From contig OX442314.1 of assembly GCA_949358305.1 (NCBI GenBank), forward strand, positions 21,204,001 through 21,268,000: 64,000 bases of DNA. Reading direction: 5' to 3'. Below, one piece after another: positions 1 to 13,357 of the stretch (position 1 is its first letter; each line of letters opens with the position of its first letter). Position numbers and translations under genes: made by a program. This DNA comes from Strigamia acuminata (taxonomy: Eukaryota). The notes beneath the pieces were generated by a model, which saw nothing but the letters and a program-made list of their open reading frames with translations, was not told the DNA's origin and searched no databases.

Positions 1-94
1 TATGTATTTGTGAATAATATATTCTATGTAGATATATATATATATATATATATCTTATCTTTATAATACAGAGACAAATAAAGATGATAATAAT

Positions 95-1090
95 AGGTGC
101 ATTCAATTTTTGAAGGAAAAGTCACTTTCCTCGCTTTCCTTACTTTTAGAAAGCGGAAGTGACGCTTTTTATGACGTAATTAAAAAAAGTGAGTCGTGGA
201 AAATGACTTTAAAGAAAGCAGATCTTGGGTCTACTTTATGGGGGGCCGAAGGTCTCAATATTAGTACCGATGCTATGACATGCCATCTGGGCATGACATG
301 CCAACTCTTCATGCTATCTCGGCATGACATGCCAACTCTTCATGCCAACTGTTTATGCCAACTGTTCATGCCAACTGTTCATGCCAACTCTTTATGCTAA
401 CTCTTCATGCCAACTCTTCATGCCAACCCTTCATGCCAACTTTTAATAGACCCTGACATTTTCCTAGAAGCCTCTATTTATCTTAATTTGCATTTTTTGT
501 TCAATTTTCATTTTCATTTTATTTCTATTACTTTCACAAGAGTATGAGGATAAATGGATTTGACTTTTAAGTGTAGACAGTGAAAATTGAACAAAAAATG
601 CAAATTAAGATAAATATAGGCTTCTAGGAAAATGTCAGGGTCTATTAAAAGTTGGCATGAAGGGTTGGCATGAAGAGTTGGCATGAAGAGTTAGCATAAA
701 GAGTTGGCATGAACAGTTGGCATGAACAGTTGGCATAAACAGTTGGCATGAAGAGTTGGCATGTCATGCCGAGATAGCATGAAGAGTTGGCATGTCATGC
801 CCAGATGGCATGTCATAGCATAGGTACTAATATTGAGACCTTCGGCCCCCCATACTACTTTTCTGACTTTCTTTGTCACTTCCAAATGACGCGCATGTCT
901 CCGGGACAGACGAGTTAAATCGGCCGCCATAACAATGAAAGCGACCAATGTCCAATGCACATACTTTGCCTTTTGTAAAATGGGTGCGTTCATTCAAAAG
1001 TCTCTTTTTAAAAAGGAGGGAAAGGAAAAAACAGTTTTTTAAAGGAAGGAAAGGGCAGGTAACTTTTCCTTTCACAAATTGAACGCACCT
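95..1090. mobile_element. Non-autonomous DNA transposon (MITE) with imperfect TIRs
   Basis: Starts AGGTGCATTCAATTTTTGAAGGAAAAGTCAC and ends GTAACTTTTCCTTTCACAAATTGAACGCACCT. Absent from the paralogous empty site at ~4725-4740 (gataataatgattcc). TSD reads as AAT, or alternatively TA. Confidence 0.8.
237..854. mobile_element. Foldback element with ~274-bp near-perfect TIRs and a 6-bp TSD, nested in the 95-1090 MITE
   Basis: Arms 237-510 and 581-854 are reverse complements (TATGGGGGGCCGAAGG...), contain 13-bp CATGCCAACTCTT sub-repeats and are flanked by CTACTT at 231-236 and 855-860. Confidence 0.9.
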
Positions 1091-1781
1091 AATGATTCCA
1101 CTTATCTCAAAATTACGTCTTTGTTGTGTTTGGTCAAACTGCTCATTTAGATTTTCCGGTTTCCATCGTCCGAATCGAAGGAAATTATTTTCAATCTGCA
1201 ACGGGTTCGTTTTGCTCTAGCCGGTCACTATTTAAATATCTCATCTAACGTGAAGATTTGTCGCTTTGAATTTATATAATTTATAGTTTCAAGACTTCTT
1301 CCAAAACGAAGAAATTTGTTTTCCAAACAGCCAGGTTTTCTACTTAGTTCAGTTCACGGATCAATGTAGAGATCTGAGGCTTAACAGCAAACTCGGTTCA
1401 TTTCTTCAACATCATTTCTCCGATGCTCGTTTCTTCAACATCACATTCTCAAAGAGTACGTAAGTTTCTCAAAAATTGTGAAAATTATACTAAGTGCATT
1501 CAAGTTGGTTAAGATAAATCATGCTTAAAGTTTATAACCTCGTCGTTAAATAACTTGACATGATAGTTTGTTTCAACTTCCGGTGTAGCTAGCGCCCTCT
1601 GTCTGTAAAACTTAAGTTATGGCACAACAGGATTACAAGTAGCAACTACAGTATATTCCTGAACATCCTGAGTAGCAATGTTGCGCACGCTCAGTTAAAC
1701 AATTATTCAGATTTTAGCTGGCACAGCAAACTTTAAGTAATAGTATTACCAATATGAACGCACCTACTGTTTATACATGTT

Positions 1782-2040
1782 TATGCAAATTCCAACATCA
1801 AAAATCAATTTTTTAGGCCATTTCCCATCAATTTAGCACCTTTCTGACATGTTTCGAAGTTTGACAGATTCTGACCATTTTGTCAATGGTGTTTTTGCTA
1901 AAATCGGACACTTGGTCAGAATCCGTCAAAATTTAAAAAGTGCTGGAAAGGGAGAAAGATCTTAGAAATATCATTTTCAGAATTTCAGAATCTGCATATC
2001 TGGCATCGTTGCAGAAATATTGCCCAAAAGCAGAGTTTTC
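1782..2040. mobile_element. Degenerate fragments related to the 42429-43481 MITE family
   Basis: TATGCAAATTCCAAC (1782) and TGCATATCTGGCATCGTTGCAGAAATAT (~1993) match internal parts of the TIRs at ~43081 and ~42824. Confidence 0.55.
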
Positions 2041-2549
2041 CAGACTAAAAAGTGGTTGGAAAAAGATTTTTTTTAGGTCATTTCCCTATAGGTAAATAGG
2101 TTGCACACTGCGCACTGCTTGTCGATTCCAAGCAGAAGAAGATAAAACAGATGTGCCTCTGTTTAAAGCATCGTTTCATTGACATTACGTTCGATACGTC
2201 GAGAAACCAAACCCATCATTCGAAACCCACTTTATCAAGGGCGTGTGAGCGCTCAACAAATGTCTCATCGCTTCCCAAAATGTCCACATTGCCCATTGCA
2301 CATTTCAATGTCTGCTAGCTAGTTGGTCCATAATCATCTAATTGTACGTCTCAAACAGGGATGAATTTTTTGGGAGTATTCTGATGAGAGATCAGAACCG
2401 TTGTTCGGCAGGGACGCGCGATATTCCATTCGTACCCGCGAATTCGCAGATAAGAATAGTAAAAGTATTCTCATCCGCGACACTATGGGATCACTTTATT
2501 CAAATCCGCGACGTCGCGTGTTTGAATATGTATTGTATTCATATGCGCG

Positions 2550-2925
2550 ACAGCAGTTGTTGTTGTCGACCCGCACGTCCCTCTTGTCCAGCAGCAGACA
2601 GCCCGCGCTCGTGTCCCCGCCTTTGCTCTCGACGCTCTGCACGAGCAACTCGAGCTGGCGCACGTTCAGTTTCTTCAGCATCAAGTTGGCCACACTTTCC
2701 ACCATTCCCTCGCTGTTTTTCTCCACCGCACCCCCGGTTTCATGATCGCCGGTGCCGAGTTCGAGCTGGTGTTCGTGTTCGAGCTGGTGTTTCGTTTCGT
2801 TTCGTTTCGAGCTGGTGTTTCGTTTCGTTTTGCCTCATGTTCCTAAGCTTAGAAGGATTGCAACATGTAATCTTCTGAAGTTTTGACCATTGAGTGCAGT
2901 TTCTACGTTGATTGAACAGCCACAC
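2550..2925 (-). pseudogene. Truncated inhibitory Smad (Smad6/7, Dad-like) N-terminal fragment
   Basis: VANLMLKKLNVRQLELLVQSVESKGGDTSAGCLLLDKRDVRV resembles the I-Smad motif [37 protein letters not shown]. The match stops at ~2550, there is an apparent frameshift in the (GAAAC)n repeat upstream, and no MH2 domain is seen. Confidence 0.65.
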
Positions 2926-3677
2926 AGAAAAGTTTTAATTGCCAACAGCCCAGTTTCCAACTTCTCAATATGTCAGGTGGATACCTTGCCTAATAATCTG
3001 TCAATCTATCAATAATCTATCAACAAATAGATTGTAGATTCCAGCCTCCCTTCGCTTAACCCCTTGGTTCGTTTCAGCTTTCATGAAGTTCTTGTAGCGG
3101 GGTCGCATTTGCAGCATGTCGGGTTGCTTACTCGGTTGACTTTATTGCTTGATTAGTCTCCAGCTTTATAGTGTTGTTGGTTTAAAAAAGATGTAAGGTC
3201 GGGAGTCCTTAAACTACTAGAGCCACTTGGCATGCGTCTAATTTGCCTTATGTGTAATCCGCATAAAATGTCTAAAGAAATGACTTTGATCAAAAATATT
3301 ACTTGCTTATTGAAGAAGATTACTAATTGCTGGTGCTTATTGGTTATCAGTCAAAAGACACAAATTTTTGGATTTCAACTGCAGACACAGTTATTGATTT
3401 AGATAAACAACACAAGAAAAATAGGTCAAAGGGTTTTTAATCAACACACTTGACCGATATTTTAATTGGATTGTCTTTTTTATCAGTCACATTTTGTTAA
3501 ATCATATTAGTTATCAACCGATAACAAATTCACATGTTATACAATTATTATTACGCACTTACAGTCTCTATATTGTATATCTTTTTTTTTTCTTTTTTGA
3601 TAAAAAGTCACCGCTTATAACCACACAACAAGTCAGCAGAAAAATCATTTTTCATTTGACAACCCAATAGAAAAAAA

Positions 3678-4456
3678 ATGTCTAAGCTTTCAATCCTGTT
3701 AGTACTGTTAGGTGCTGTCACCGTTTTGGCCATTAGGAATAAACTAGTTCTCGAAAACTGTGGTATGATACAGTATTTAACGTCTTGTCCTTTTATTAAC
3801 CCACTTTTTGCTGTTTTTGTTTTAAGGTGGAAAAAATGATGTGTTTCAAATGAAATATCTCAGCATCTCACCAATGCCGATACCTATTCCCGGAAACATT
3901 AAAGTTAGTGCAAACGTGACGATTTCTCGCAACTTATCACCAAAAACAAAGATTCACATAAAATTGTTCAAACAAACTAAAGTCATATTTCCAATTAATA
4001 TGAAAGTTCCATGTATCAAAAATGTTGGTTCTTGGTTAGTAATTCGCATCATGCTGTTTGTTAAAAGCGAAAAACTTATTAATGCATTCTTTTCACAGTT
4101 CGTACGACGGATGTTCTCTTATATCAATGACACAGAAAAAAATATGCGATTTTTTCCCAAAAAATGCTCAATGCGCCTGTCCTTATATAGCTGGAAACTA
4201 CGGAACGGTTAATTACTCGGTGCAAATTCCACAAGCACGCAAAATCTTAAAATGGCTGGCTAAAGTATGTGTGACTTAAACTTTAATTATTTAAATAACA
4301 CGTTGTGACGTTCGTAAGTTTGTCTTAATTTTTTGTAATATTTTATTTTTTTGTATATTTTAGGGTGATTACAAAGCAGAAGTGAGAATCCAAGACGAGG
4401 CTGCAAAACAACAGTTGGGTTGTTTCAGAGTTCTCTTTTCAATGGCTAAAAAATGA
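3678..4456 (+). CDS. GM2A: GM2 ganglioside activator-like ML-domain lipid-binding protein (secreted), 4 exons: 3678-3762, 3827-4034, 4099-4264, 4364-4456
   Basis: Signal peptide MSKLSILLVLLGAVTVLA; motifs ENCG, SPMPIPIPGNI, KVPCIKNVGSCSYD, CACPYIAGNY, WLAKGDYK, LGCF. GT-AG introns keep frame; AATAAA at 4500. Confidence 0.9.
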
Positions 4457-4773
4457 TAACAATTGTTTTGCCAACTGTAATTATTGCTACAAAACTGCAA
4501 ATAAACACAAATAATGCTGAAATCAATTTTTATTGTTTGAATTCATTTATTGCTTTGACAAAAAAAAACCATAAACATTCATCAACAATATTTGTGTGCA
4601 CATAAAATCCATTATTGGTATTTTGAATATATGTTTGTAGATGTATATAATATATTATATGTATATATGTATATATATATATATATATATCTTATCTTTA
4701 TAATAACAGAGGTAAATTAAGGATGATAATAATGATTCCACTTATCTCAAAATGACGTCTTTGTTGCATTTGG

Positions 4774-7700
4774 TCATTCAAGTTGCTCGTTAAGATTTTC
4801 CGTTTTCCAACGTCCGAATCGAAGGAAATTATTAACCAACTTATTTCGCTTAGCATCTGGAACGGGTTCGTTTTTATCTAGCTGGTCACTTTTTAAATAT
4901 CTCATATGACTGTCATCTAATGTGGAGGTTTCTCGCTTTGTATTTGAATCATTTCCGGTTTCAAGACTTCTCCCAAATCGAAGAAAATTTTTTTCCAAAC
5001 TGCCTCGTTTTCTACCCAGTTCACGGATCAATCTGGCAGATCTGAGGCTTAACAGCTTACGGTTTTCACTGTCTAACCAGTTTTCTTGAGGATCACCATT
5101 TTCTTCAAAATTACTTCGATCAAAGCGTGGGAATTGATGCTCAGTGCCTGCGAAATATAATGAGATATAAACTCGTTATATAGATGGCTTAAATTTAAAA
5201 CTAACAATAAATAAAATAATACTATTATTCACTCATCGTATCGAGTATTTTTATCTAAATAGATTAATAAAATAAATTTTTCAATTTTGTTTGTAGCCAT
5301 TTTATAGGTGATAAAATGTTTATAATCTTCTAACTGATTCATATTTCAGTGCCTGAGTTCACAAAAATTTTAAAAACTAAAAAAAAAAAAAAACAATTTA
5401 ATTTTTTTAATGTTTAATATTTTACAGGAAAATAGAAATATAAAAATGTAAATCATCAGTAAATAAAAAGTAGCTTCAAAACATGTAATAACAGTACGAC
5501 ACGTTAGTTTTTAGTGTTTGCCGTTCACTTTTATTTATCTTGAAAAGCAATAAATAGTAGGATTCTCTTATTATAGTTTATACTTTTATTATATTTTTTT
5601 GTCAACAGAGTTGTGAACCAGCAATTTTTATAACTTGATCTAGTTTCTCTTGCTCCACTACCCTCTAATACCAAAATTAATTCCCTTAAGAGAATTTCTG
5701 TCGTTCCTTGAGATTATCTCATTTCAGAGTAGCCTCATTCTCAACCACGGGAATCTTAAAAAAGTTATTGAGCTGAGTAAAACCAGCATTTACCGTAAAC
5801 TACTTTTTCCCATTACAACTCCCTCTGGTGAGCCAAATTTATTTCAGTTTGAGACATGACTTGAGCTAAAAACTTAGATACCTATGATGTAATATTACAT
5901 AATAGAGTATTTCCGCAATCACGCAAACATGTTACAAACGTATTTGAAGTTAATATATTTATTAATTCAATCTTTTATTTCTACCGTATTCGTTTTACTG
6001 CAGTGTGATTTGATTAACTTTGGTTTACGGATGAAGTCAAATACAAGAGTTCTTGTCGTTTTGGACACTTAATTCAGCCTAAGAAAATCCCTAAAGACCC
6101 GACTTGATTGACAAGACAATTTCATTCCACGCACCTCGATTTACCAACCCACGAATCTATGAAAGTAATTGAACAACAATTTCTTCACTCTACCACTTTC
6201 ACGGCTGAGTAATTCAGACCAAATATTAGTTTATATTTATTGACTGGAAGGACTGTATATAAACCCTATATATTATTTGTATCTGATTATGTGTAATAGG
6301 AACACGTCAAATTTCATTACGAATGAATGAAGCAAAGCAGATAAAATCATCAAGCAAGAATAACACAAATATATATATACAGGGTGTATCAGAATTCATG
6401 TTACACAGAAATAAGGGGTATAGAGGGGAACCAGGAGATCACATTTCCACTAATCAAAAATTCCAAAAAAAAATTCCCACTTTGTTACAACCTCAAAAAC
6501 AATGGAAGATTTCAAATATTGCGTCACGCATATCGCCCACATTTTCCAGGTTAAAGCGCAATTCTCAAATTAAAAGATACAAACCTATCATTTTAATGTT
6601 AAAGAATCACAAAAAAACCCAAAAATCCGGGAAAACTAAAATAAATCATTTATGTAAAAGATTAATTTCCTCAGATTATTTACCAAGCTGTGCATTTGAA
6701 CATGTAGAGCATTTCTTATATTAAACTTCTGCTGTTGGCTACCGATTGTGTCTTTTTATTTGAGAATTACGCAAATATGCAAATATGGCAAATATGGCAA
6801 ATATATCGCAAATATCGCAATATCGCAATATCGCAAATATGGCAAATATGGGCGATATGTGTGACGCGCACTATTTGAAATCTTCCATTGTTTTTGGGTC
6901 GTAACAAAATGAGAAATTTTTTTTTGAATTTTTGATTAGTGAAAACGTGATCTCCTGGTTCCTCTCTATACCCCCTATTTCTGTGTAACATGAATTCTGA
7001 TACACCCTGTATATAAAGAATTAAATAGTACAATGCATGTGTAAAATTATATATGAGTTCCAGATGAGTTCAACCACAGAAAAACGAAGGCTCGTGGAAG
7101 AAATTGCAGCTTTGTCAACGCAGACTGAACAAACCATAAACATCAAAATAATGATTTTGATTTCTTTGCCCAGAAAAAAATATATAAGACTACAATATAG
7201 TACGGAATATAAAAGGGTAAAACGAGAAAACCAAATGTCAAAGAAGCGAGCAGAAGCGAAAAGAATAACAAAAGAAGAAAGAAATCAAGAAGAATCGTAA
7301 AAAGGATGCAAAAAGGCTGCACTGCAAGACAACAAGAAAATAACACCTAAAGAGTGAAATTTAGTGCAGTTGCATGGCCATTAGAGTATAAAACCTCCAT
7401 GATGTACTGTAAGTTATGAAACCAATTCGATTGAAACTTCAAACAACAACCAACAATGCGTCATTCTGTTTCACTGATCAATTTAAGCAAGCTGTAAATT
7501 TTAACTTGGTTGCTTCTACTCACTTTTCAAAACAAGAAATCGCACTTTTGCCGCAAAGTAAAACGCAAAATCAAAAACAAATATCAAGGTTCCTTCATTG
7601 ACCTACTTCGTGATTTTTTCACCACAGATAATGCTATTTTTAAAAGGATTTGAATTGTTTATAAAGTTGGCCATCAATTTTTAGTTAGTACCTGCAAAAT

Positions 7701-8395
7701 TTACAGAGCTAGTGATATGTTCGTGTTGTTTCATCGAACATTTCAACTAGACAATACGTCGGGCAAGTAGAGCACTAGAAAATTAATTTGCACTCTAAAA
7801 ATTAATTCTATAATTCTATACCATCATGGAATGAACACACGTGTACAGAGAAGTCATACGTCTAATTTCCTGTTCTTAGTCTAGAACTGATGTGTTTTGA
7901 TTGTGGTTTCAAGGATTTTCAATCAATAACGACCAATCTGTAGACTGAAATCAGCAAAGACTGCCTCTAATCATTACATTACGTCTCGGTTTGTTCTCAC
8001 TTAATTACTTATTCAAGACAAAGTGTCCGCCTTGTTTGAAAGCACATTGCTTGTCGTTCACTGCATTGTGAACTGATACGACGCAGCAGTAAAAACAGTT
8101 CGTATGCCTTGCGTTCAAGCAAAACTTTATGTTGCTACACTCGAACTAGCCTTAAATAAGCAATTCTCAGTTTAAAAAAAATAAAAATAAAAAAAGAATA
8201 AAAATGGAGTTTCGATTTGAATGTAATACGCGTGTCGGAAAAACTTAACTTTTCTTACATACCTTCGACATCTCCCTTGGGTTTGTGCATCCACTTGAGT
8301 AGACAAACCAAGCCTCCATTATAGTTTGCTGGATCGTCCAAATTGCAGGCCATTATCAGCTGGATTAATAACACAAACACACAGCATCTATGCAT
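4774..8395 (-). CDS. FMRFa: FMRFamide-like (FLRFamide) neuropeptide precursor, 168 aa; coding exons 8395-8263 and 5147-4774
   Basis: Signal peptide MHRCCVFVLLIQLIMAC; phase-1 GT-AG join keeps frame; KR-GSLEKNFLRF-GR and KR-NKLVNNFLRF-GR give two amidated peptides. Confidence 0.88.
6380..7009. mobile_element. Tc1/mariner-type MITE in the FLRFamide gene intron
   Basis: TA|CAGGGTGTATCAGAATTCATG...CATGAATTCTGATACACCCTG|TA, ~160-bp TIRs, TA TSD, no transposase. Confidence 0.9.
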
Positions 8396-11300
8396 GATTG
8401 TAGTCGTTTAGGTGGTAGGTCAACCTGTTAAACAAACTAAATTAAACTACTGTGCGGTATATATTAGAATTATAAACAAAAAAATTAATTCCAAAAGGAT
8501 TAAATTCAGAGTTTATCTGATAAAAGATTGTTTGTCGAAATATAAAACGCACGAAAACTGAATTCTTTATAAAAGTAAAGACGTAGATTACTTCTAAAAT
8601 CTGAATAAATTAAAGTATATTAGATTGTTTACAGCTTTACAGGATATAGAAACCGTTGTTTAAGTAAATTTTCCATACTACTAAAGTACATAAACCTTTC
8701 AGACTTGATTCAATTAATGACATACACAGGTAACATCAAATCTCCCACACCTTCTGGACAAAGGCGTGTAATTACTTTTATTGGTGGATTTCCCTGTGAT
8801 GAAGACTAAAGTTACACACATTTGATGGCTGAATCAATCTCTTTTCTGAGTTTTAAAAAAAAGACAATTCAATTACACATCAAGACATCACTTTTCACTA
8901 AAAGCATAAAATGCGTGACAAACGTTAAAACTTTTCAATTAATTCTATTCCCATTTTTTTCTTCTTCATCTTTCTTTGAGATGTTTAATTTCGAACTGAA
9001 TACTTAAAAAAGAAAAAAGTTCATCAAAACTGCGTCATTAATTGTGCGGATATGCACGACTACTGTCATTTTGTGTTTATTCCTTCCAAGAAAAGCTAAA
9101 TGATGAATGATCCAATGACGACCAATTCTGTTCCAATGCGATTTTATCTTTCATTAAATTGAAAAACGAACTTTCAATTTTATTGTTTCAGAAATGAAAC
9201 TGATTTTTCATGTCTCGCTCATCTTCCACAAGATTATTATTAAAACTCTAAAAAAGATTGTTCAAATAGTTTAACTCAACTGCTGCTAAAAATCGATAAA
9301 TATATAAAAGTAAACAATTTACGTATTTCAATCAAAAGTAATTAATTTAGCTTACAAAAAAATAATTGTGCCAATGGTCTATATCTATTCTTAAAAACAT
9401 ACAAAAACTTTTCAAATTTGTTTCACAGAATTTTTAAGTAACTAAAATAAGTAAATAATAAAAATTAATTAATTAAAATTTTGAAAAATATAAAATATGA
9501 AAAATGCTATTTTCACACTTTTGGTAAAGAAATTCTGTTACAATGACAAATAAAAGCTGACTCAAGCTTAATGTAAAGTACGAAATTAAAGAAAATTCCT
9601 GTTTTCACACTTTCCTACCTGTGTTCCAGACCCCACATGCAGTCTTTCACTTCTACTAGATTGTAAATGCGACTGAAGTTGTCAAGCTTCTTCAACAAAC
9701 CTCGCGTTCATCCGATTGGCCACCATGGTCATGACGACATGAATCCTCTAGCGGACTGCAAATGAACTTATCAAGTTACTCAGTTTTACTGCTAAGTCGA
9801 ATCGGTTTTGGCCTTTTGGATGATGAGGAAATATTGATCAGTTTCATTTCTGTCCCAACCCCAATATTTTTCATTCATAGAAATAAAAAAGGATTAATTA
9901 AACCTAAAAAATCGATAAAATATCAATTTAAAAATATAAATAAATCATAAATTCCAATAAACTTAACTTTATCTTTCTCCTTTCAAAATCATAAATTCCA
10001 ATAAAGTTTCTCCTTTCAATTTTGCACACAAAGTGTTTTTGAAATCGTCCATTGTTGTTTTTGGTTTTTAAAATTCAATTGTTTTATAATTTACAAAAAA
10101 ATCAAAATTTTTATAAATTTTAAAATGGGATTAATTTTACTTATTAAAGTCACAATCTCAGTTTCTATCCTCTGGACTTGGTTTAATATTAAAAAGATTT
10201 ATGGAATAAACTCAATTTCAGTATAGTGAAAGCCATTAGAAATTAAAACGTAATGAGCTTCACAAACTCAAGGTTTGACCTCCCGGGTCAAGACTAATAA
10301 AAGAAAGGTGGTGCAAAGGGACTCAAGATTCTTGTTGAGATTAATTATTTATCGTCTCTTCTAACAGTTAACCCTTTCACTTTTGCTAAAAGGCGCTTGA
10401 TAGATTAAGTTGAAACTGAAAGAAAAGAAAAGGAAACTAAGTTTTGGCTAAAATATCAGTTTGCTTTTGCACGATTTGGAAGCATTTGCATCAAAATAAG
10501 GAAAATGTTTTTTTCTTGTGCATGTGGAGATTTTCATTTCCTTTATATCTTTCGTGTGACATAACTTGAAAGGTACGAGTTGAATATTGATGATTGAAAC
10601 CCATTTGTCACCTGGAATTTGACCTATAGGATTTTTATAGCGCCACACAAAATTGTCTCCAAAACAACAGCAGATGCACCTTTAGAATTGCAATCACGAA
10701 TAAGCCATCTGATAGGACAGTGACAAATGTGTTACGCCCGAAATAAATTTAATTCTACTCATTCAACTTTACGCGCTTGTAAAACGCAAGTTTTACACGA
10801 TAAATAAGTTGATTTATCGTTAAAATTTAACCTCCACTTTCTTTAAACTTGACTTTCATTTATCACTCTTAAAATTCTACTATTTTTAATACTATAATTA
10901 AATAAATTTTAAACATTAAAATAATATAATTCAATATCTAAAATTAGATGTAATTAAGCACTCAACTTACCAGGAGTTTCAAATTCCTACTAGAAATTAT
11001 TTACCAACAAACACTCCTTACTCTTTACCTACGGAAAACAAGTAAACAGGATATCGCGCCTACTTTCAATTCCTAAGAATGTCTTAAATTAATAGTATAA
11101 TACAAATTTATTGTAAAGCCCAAACATGTTTAAAATGTAAAGTTGTTTGTATATATATTCATGAGTATTAAAATCATTTTAATTTTGTTATTTTAGCGCC
11201 GCGAGTGCTGCAGGAAAGTTCAAGGAGTTGCTTTTCATTTAAAACATGCATATGTGACAACATCTATTTAATTTTCTGTGCAAATTGTAACTTACGACTC

Positions 11301-13293
11301 GACAAGTTTCGAAACACTTTTAACACGTCTAAACACTGTGCTAATAGTCAGTAGTGTTGATTTTTGAATTAAAGCTGATGTACGAATTGAACTTGTTTGC
11401 CAAACCGAATTCACAACTCCGAATTTTTTAGAGAAGTACTATAACGCTTTCCAACGTTTATTTTTATTATCTTTTACTTTAAATTCATCACCGTAACCAA
11501 ATTATATGCCTAACTACATCCACTTCAGTAAAAAAAAAAAAATCTTATAAAAATAAATATTTTTTCCCGATTAAAAAACATTCTTAACTTAACACACAAA
11601 TTATTCATTCTAAAACTAGCTGGGTTAAATCACGCGTACGAACTTTAAACATCCAGCTGAAGCATTAAACAAGACTAAATGCCGCAAGTACTCATAACGT
11701 GAATGTGGGAAAGTCTCAGGTGTCTCATATTCTCTATTTCCACATTCTTTTACCAACCCAAAATAGTATTAAAAAAAGTGTGGAAATTGGTCCCCGTATA
11801 CAAGAGATGGAAAAGCTTATTGCAACCTTGGACGAATATTCGTCCAACCTGCAACGGTTAATTACGGTTGCTATGCCAACTTGCCGTAATTTGAAATAAA
11901 AAAATTCTTTTCAAGTGACATTTTCTTCTTTTCATGCGATTTTGTTTGTGTATAAAAGTTTCGTGTAATTAAATTGTGCTAAATTGATTTGACAGAACTT
12001 GAAAATGTTTGTCAAATTTAAAAAAAAAATCTATTCTTGGTCAATGAAAGTTAAAACAGTGATGATGATTTATTTGTGAGATCTAATTACCCCTAATCAA
12101 TGACGTGTTTAGTCGACCTGTAAATCACAGGAGAATTTAAATCAATGATTCGAACATGACTGTGCAATGTAATATAATTTACATGGAAATGAAAATTTAA
12201 AAAGCTAAATTTATCTAATTTAAGTTTAAAACTTTAAATTGTTAACTCAATCTTTTCGTAATATGAAGCGAAAAATGAAGTGAAGCTTACAATTACGTAA
12301 GAAAATTGTTGTTGGATTAAATTTTATCTTTCCACATAAGTAAATAAAAAACGAAACTTTGGCCGCTAAAACTTTGATAAATCCCATTAATCCCAGTGGG
12401 AAGCAATGCAACATGTGATCTTGTTCAGATAAATCCCCCGATGCACAAATTCGTATTTTTGTGATTTTGCATTACGTAATCTAAGTGGCGAATTGGTGGG
12501 GCGAGTCAGCCAGCCGGGCATTTTTGTTACGAAGCGGCATTTGAGACATTTTGGAAAATTTTGGAGAAATTATCAAAAGTTTTATATTTTCTTCCTGGGC
12601 CTACACCCACAGGGTTGGCAGGTATAGTAACTAGTGAAGTACACCGTTTACCATCTTTATTTATGCTTTTTTGACCTTCCAATAGAAGCAAACGAAAATA
12701 ACAGCTCCGTATGTGCATGTTAAAGGATTTATCTAGGATAAACAATTCATCCAGATAAACCTTAGTATGTAGAAAAGACCAGCTGAGTTTGAACGTTAGA
12801 TTCACAAACTGCGACAGTCAAATTGTTTGGAATGTTTTACAAGAAACTTAAACTTTTAAGTAAAATACAGTAAAGCTCACTCACCTTTAAAATAATTACC
12901 GGTTGAATATTTCAGGAAGAAAACCAAAAATAGGAATTTGTCTACGGGAAAAAGAAAATTTATAATACTGTAATAATATATTTTTGTAACATAAAATAAA
13001 AATTAAATTGATTACTTACTAAATGGCTTCAGTCTTAAAAATTATTTTTCTTAGTGCAATTGCAAACTGCTTGATTTCACTCATCACTTCGTTGCGAACG
13101 CGAATTAAACTTTAAAAAAATGGTTTTTAATGACATTAAATGTCATTAAATGGAATGACATGTTTGCTTCGCTTTTATCTGAATTTATTCGAACAAATTT
13201 CTGTCCAAACATTTCAAACTTAGAAGAAAAAAACTCAAAATGTTAATTTAAGTGACGTAAAAACAAATTTTCATCACCTCGCTGGAATTTTGC

Positions 13294-13357
13294 TACTTTT
13301 ATGGAAACACGATTTCTCTTAAAGTTCATTAAGAGAAATCGTGTTTCCATAAAAGTA
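13294..13357. repeat. Perfect 29-bp inverted repeat with a 6-nt loop
   Basis: TACTTTTATGGAAACACGATTTCTCTTAA-agttca-TTAAGAGAAATCGTGTTTCCATAAAAGTA. Confidence 0.9.

Larger units (their letters stand above)
1..1390 (-). pseudogene. Decayed duplicate of the last exon and 3' UTR of the FLRFamide precursor gene, interrupted by nested MITEs
   Basis: 1-94 and 1091-1390 align with ~4630-5058. The copy keeps ENKFLRFGR and ENNFLRFGR but has a 5-nt insertion, 11-nt and 17-nt deletions and an in-frame TAG. Confidence 0.85.

Noticed and set aside
110..993. ORFs 110-400 (+) and 691-993 (-) with near-identical C-termini
   Set aside because: They are translations of the two arms of the foldback element.
2190..2300. 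Minus-strand peptide MWTFWEAMRHLLS...IKWVSNDG with a faint winged-helix/ETS look
   Set aside because: Too short and weak, and bounded by stops.
7037..7330. K/R/E-rich ORF, possible transposase tail
   Set aside because: No recognisable catalytic or DNA-binding motif.
11828..11847. 20-bp perfect palindrome TTGGACGAATATTCGTCCAA
   Set aside because: Isolated, with no supporting context; probably a repeat remnant.
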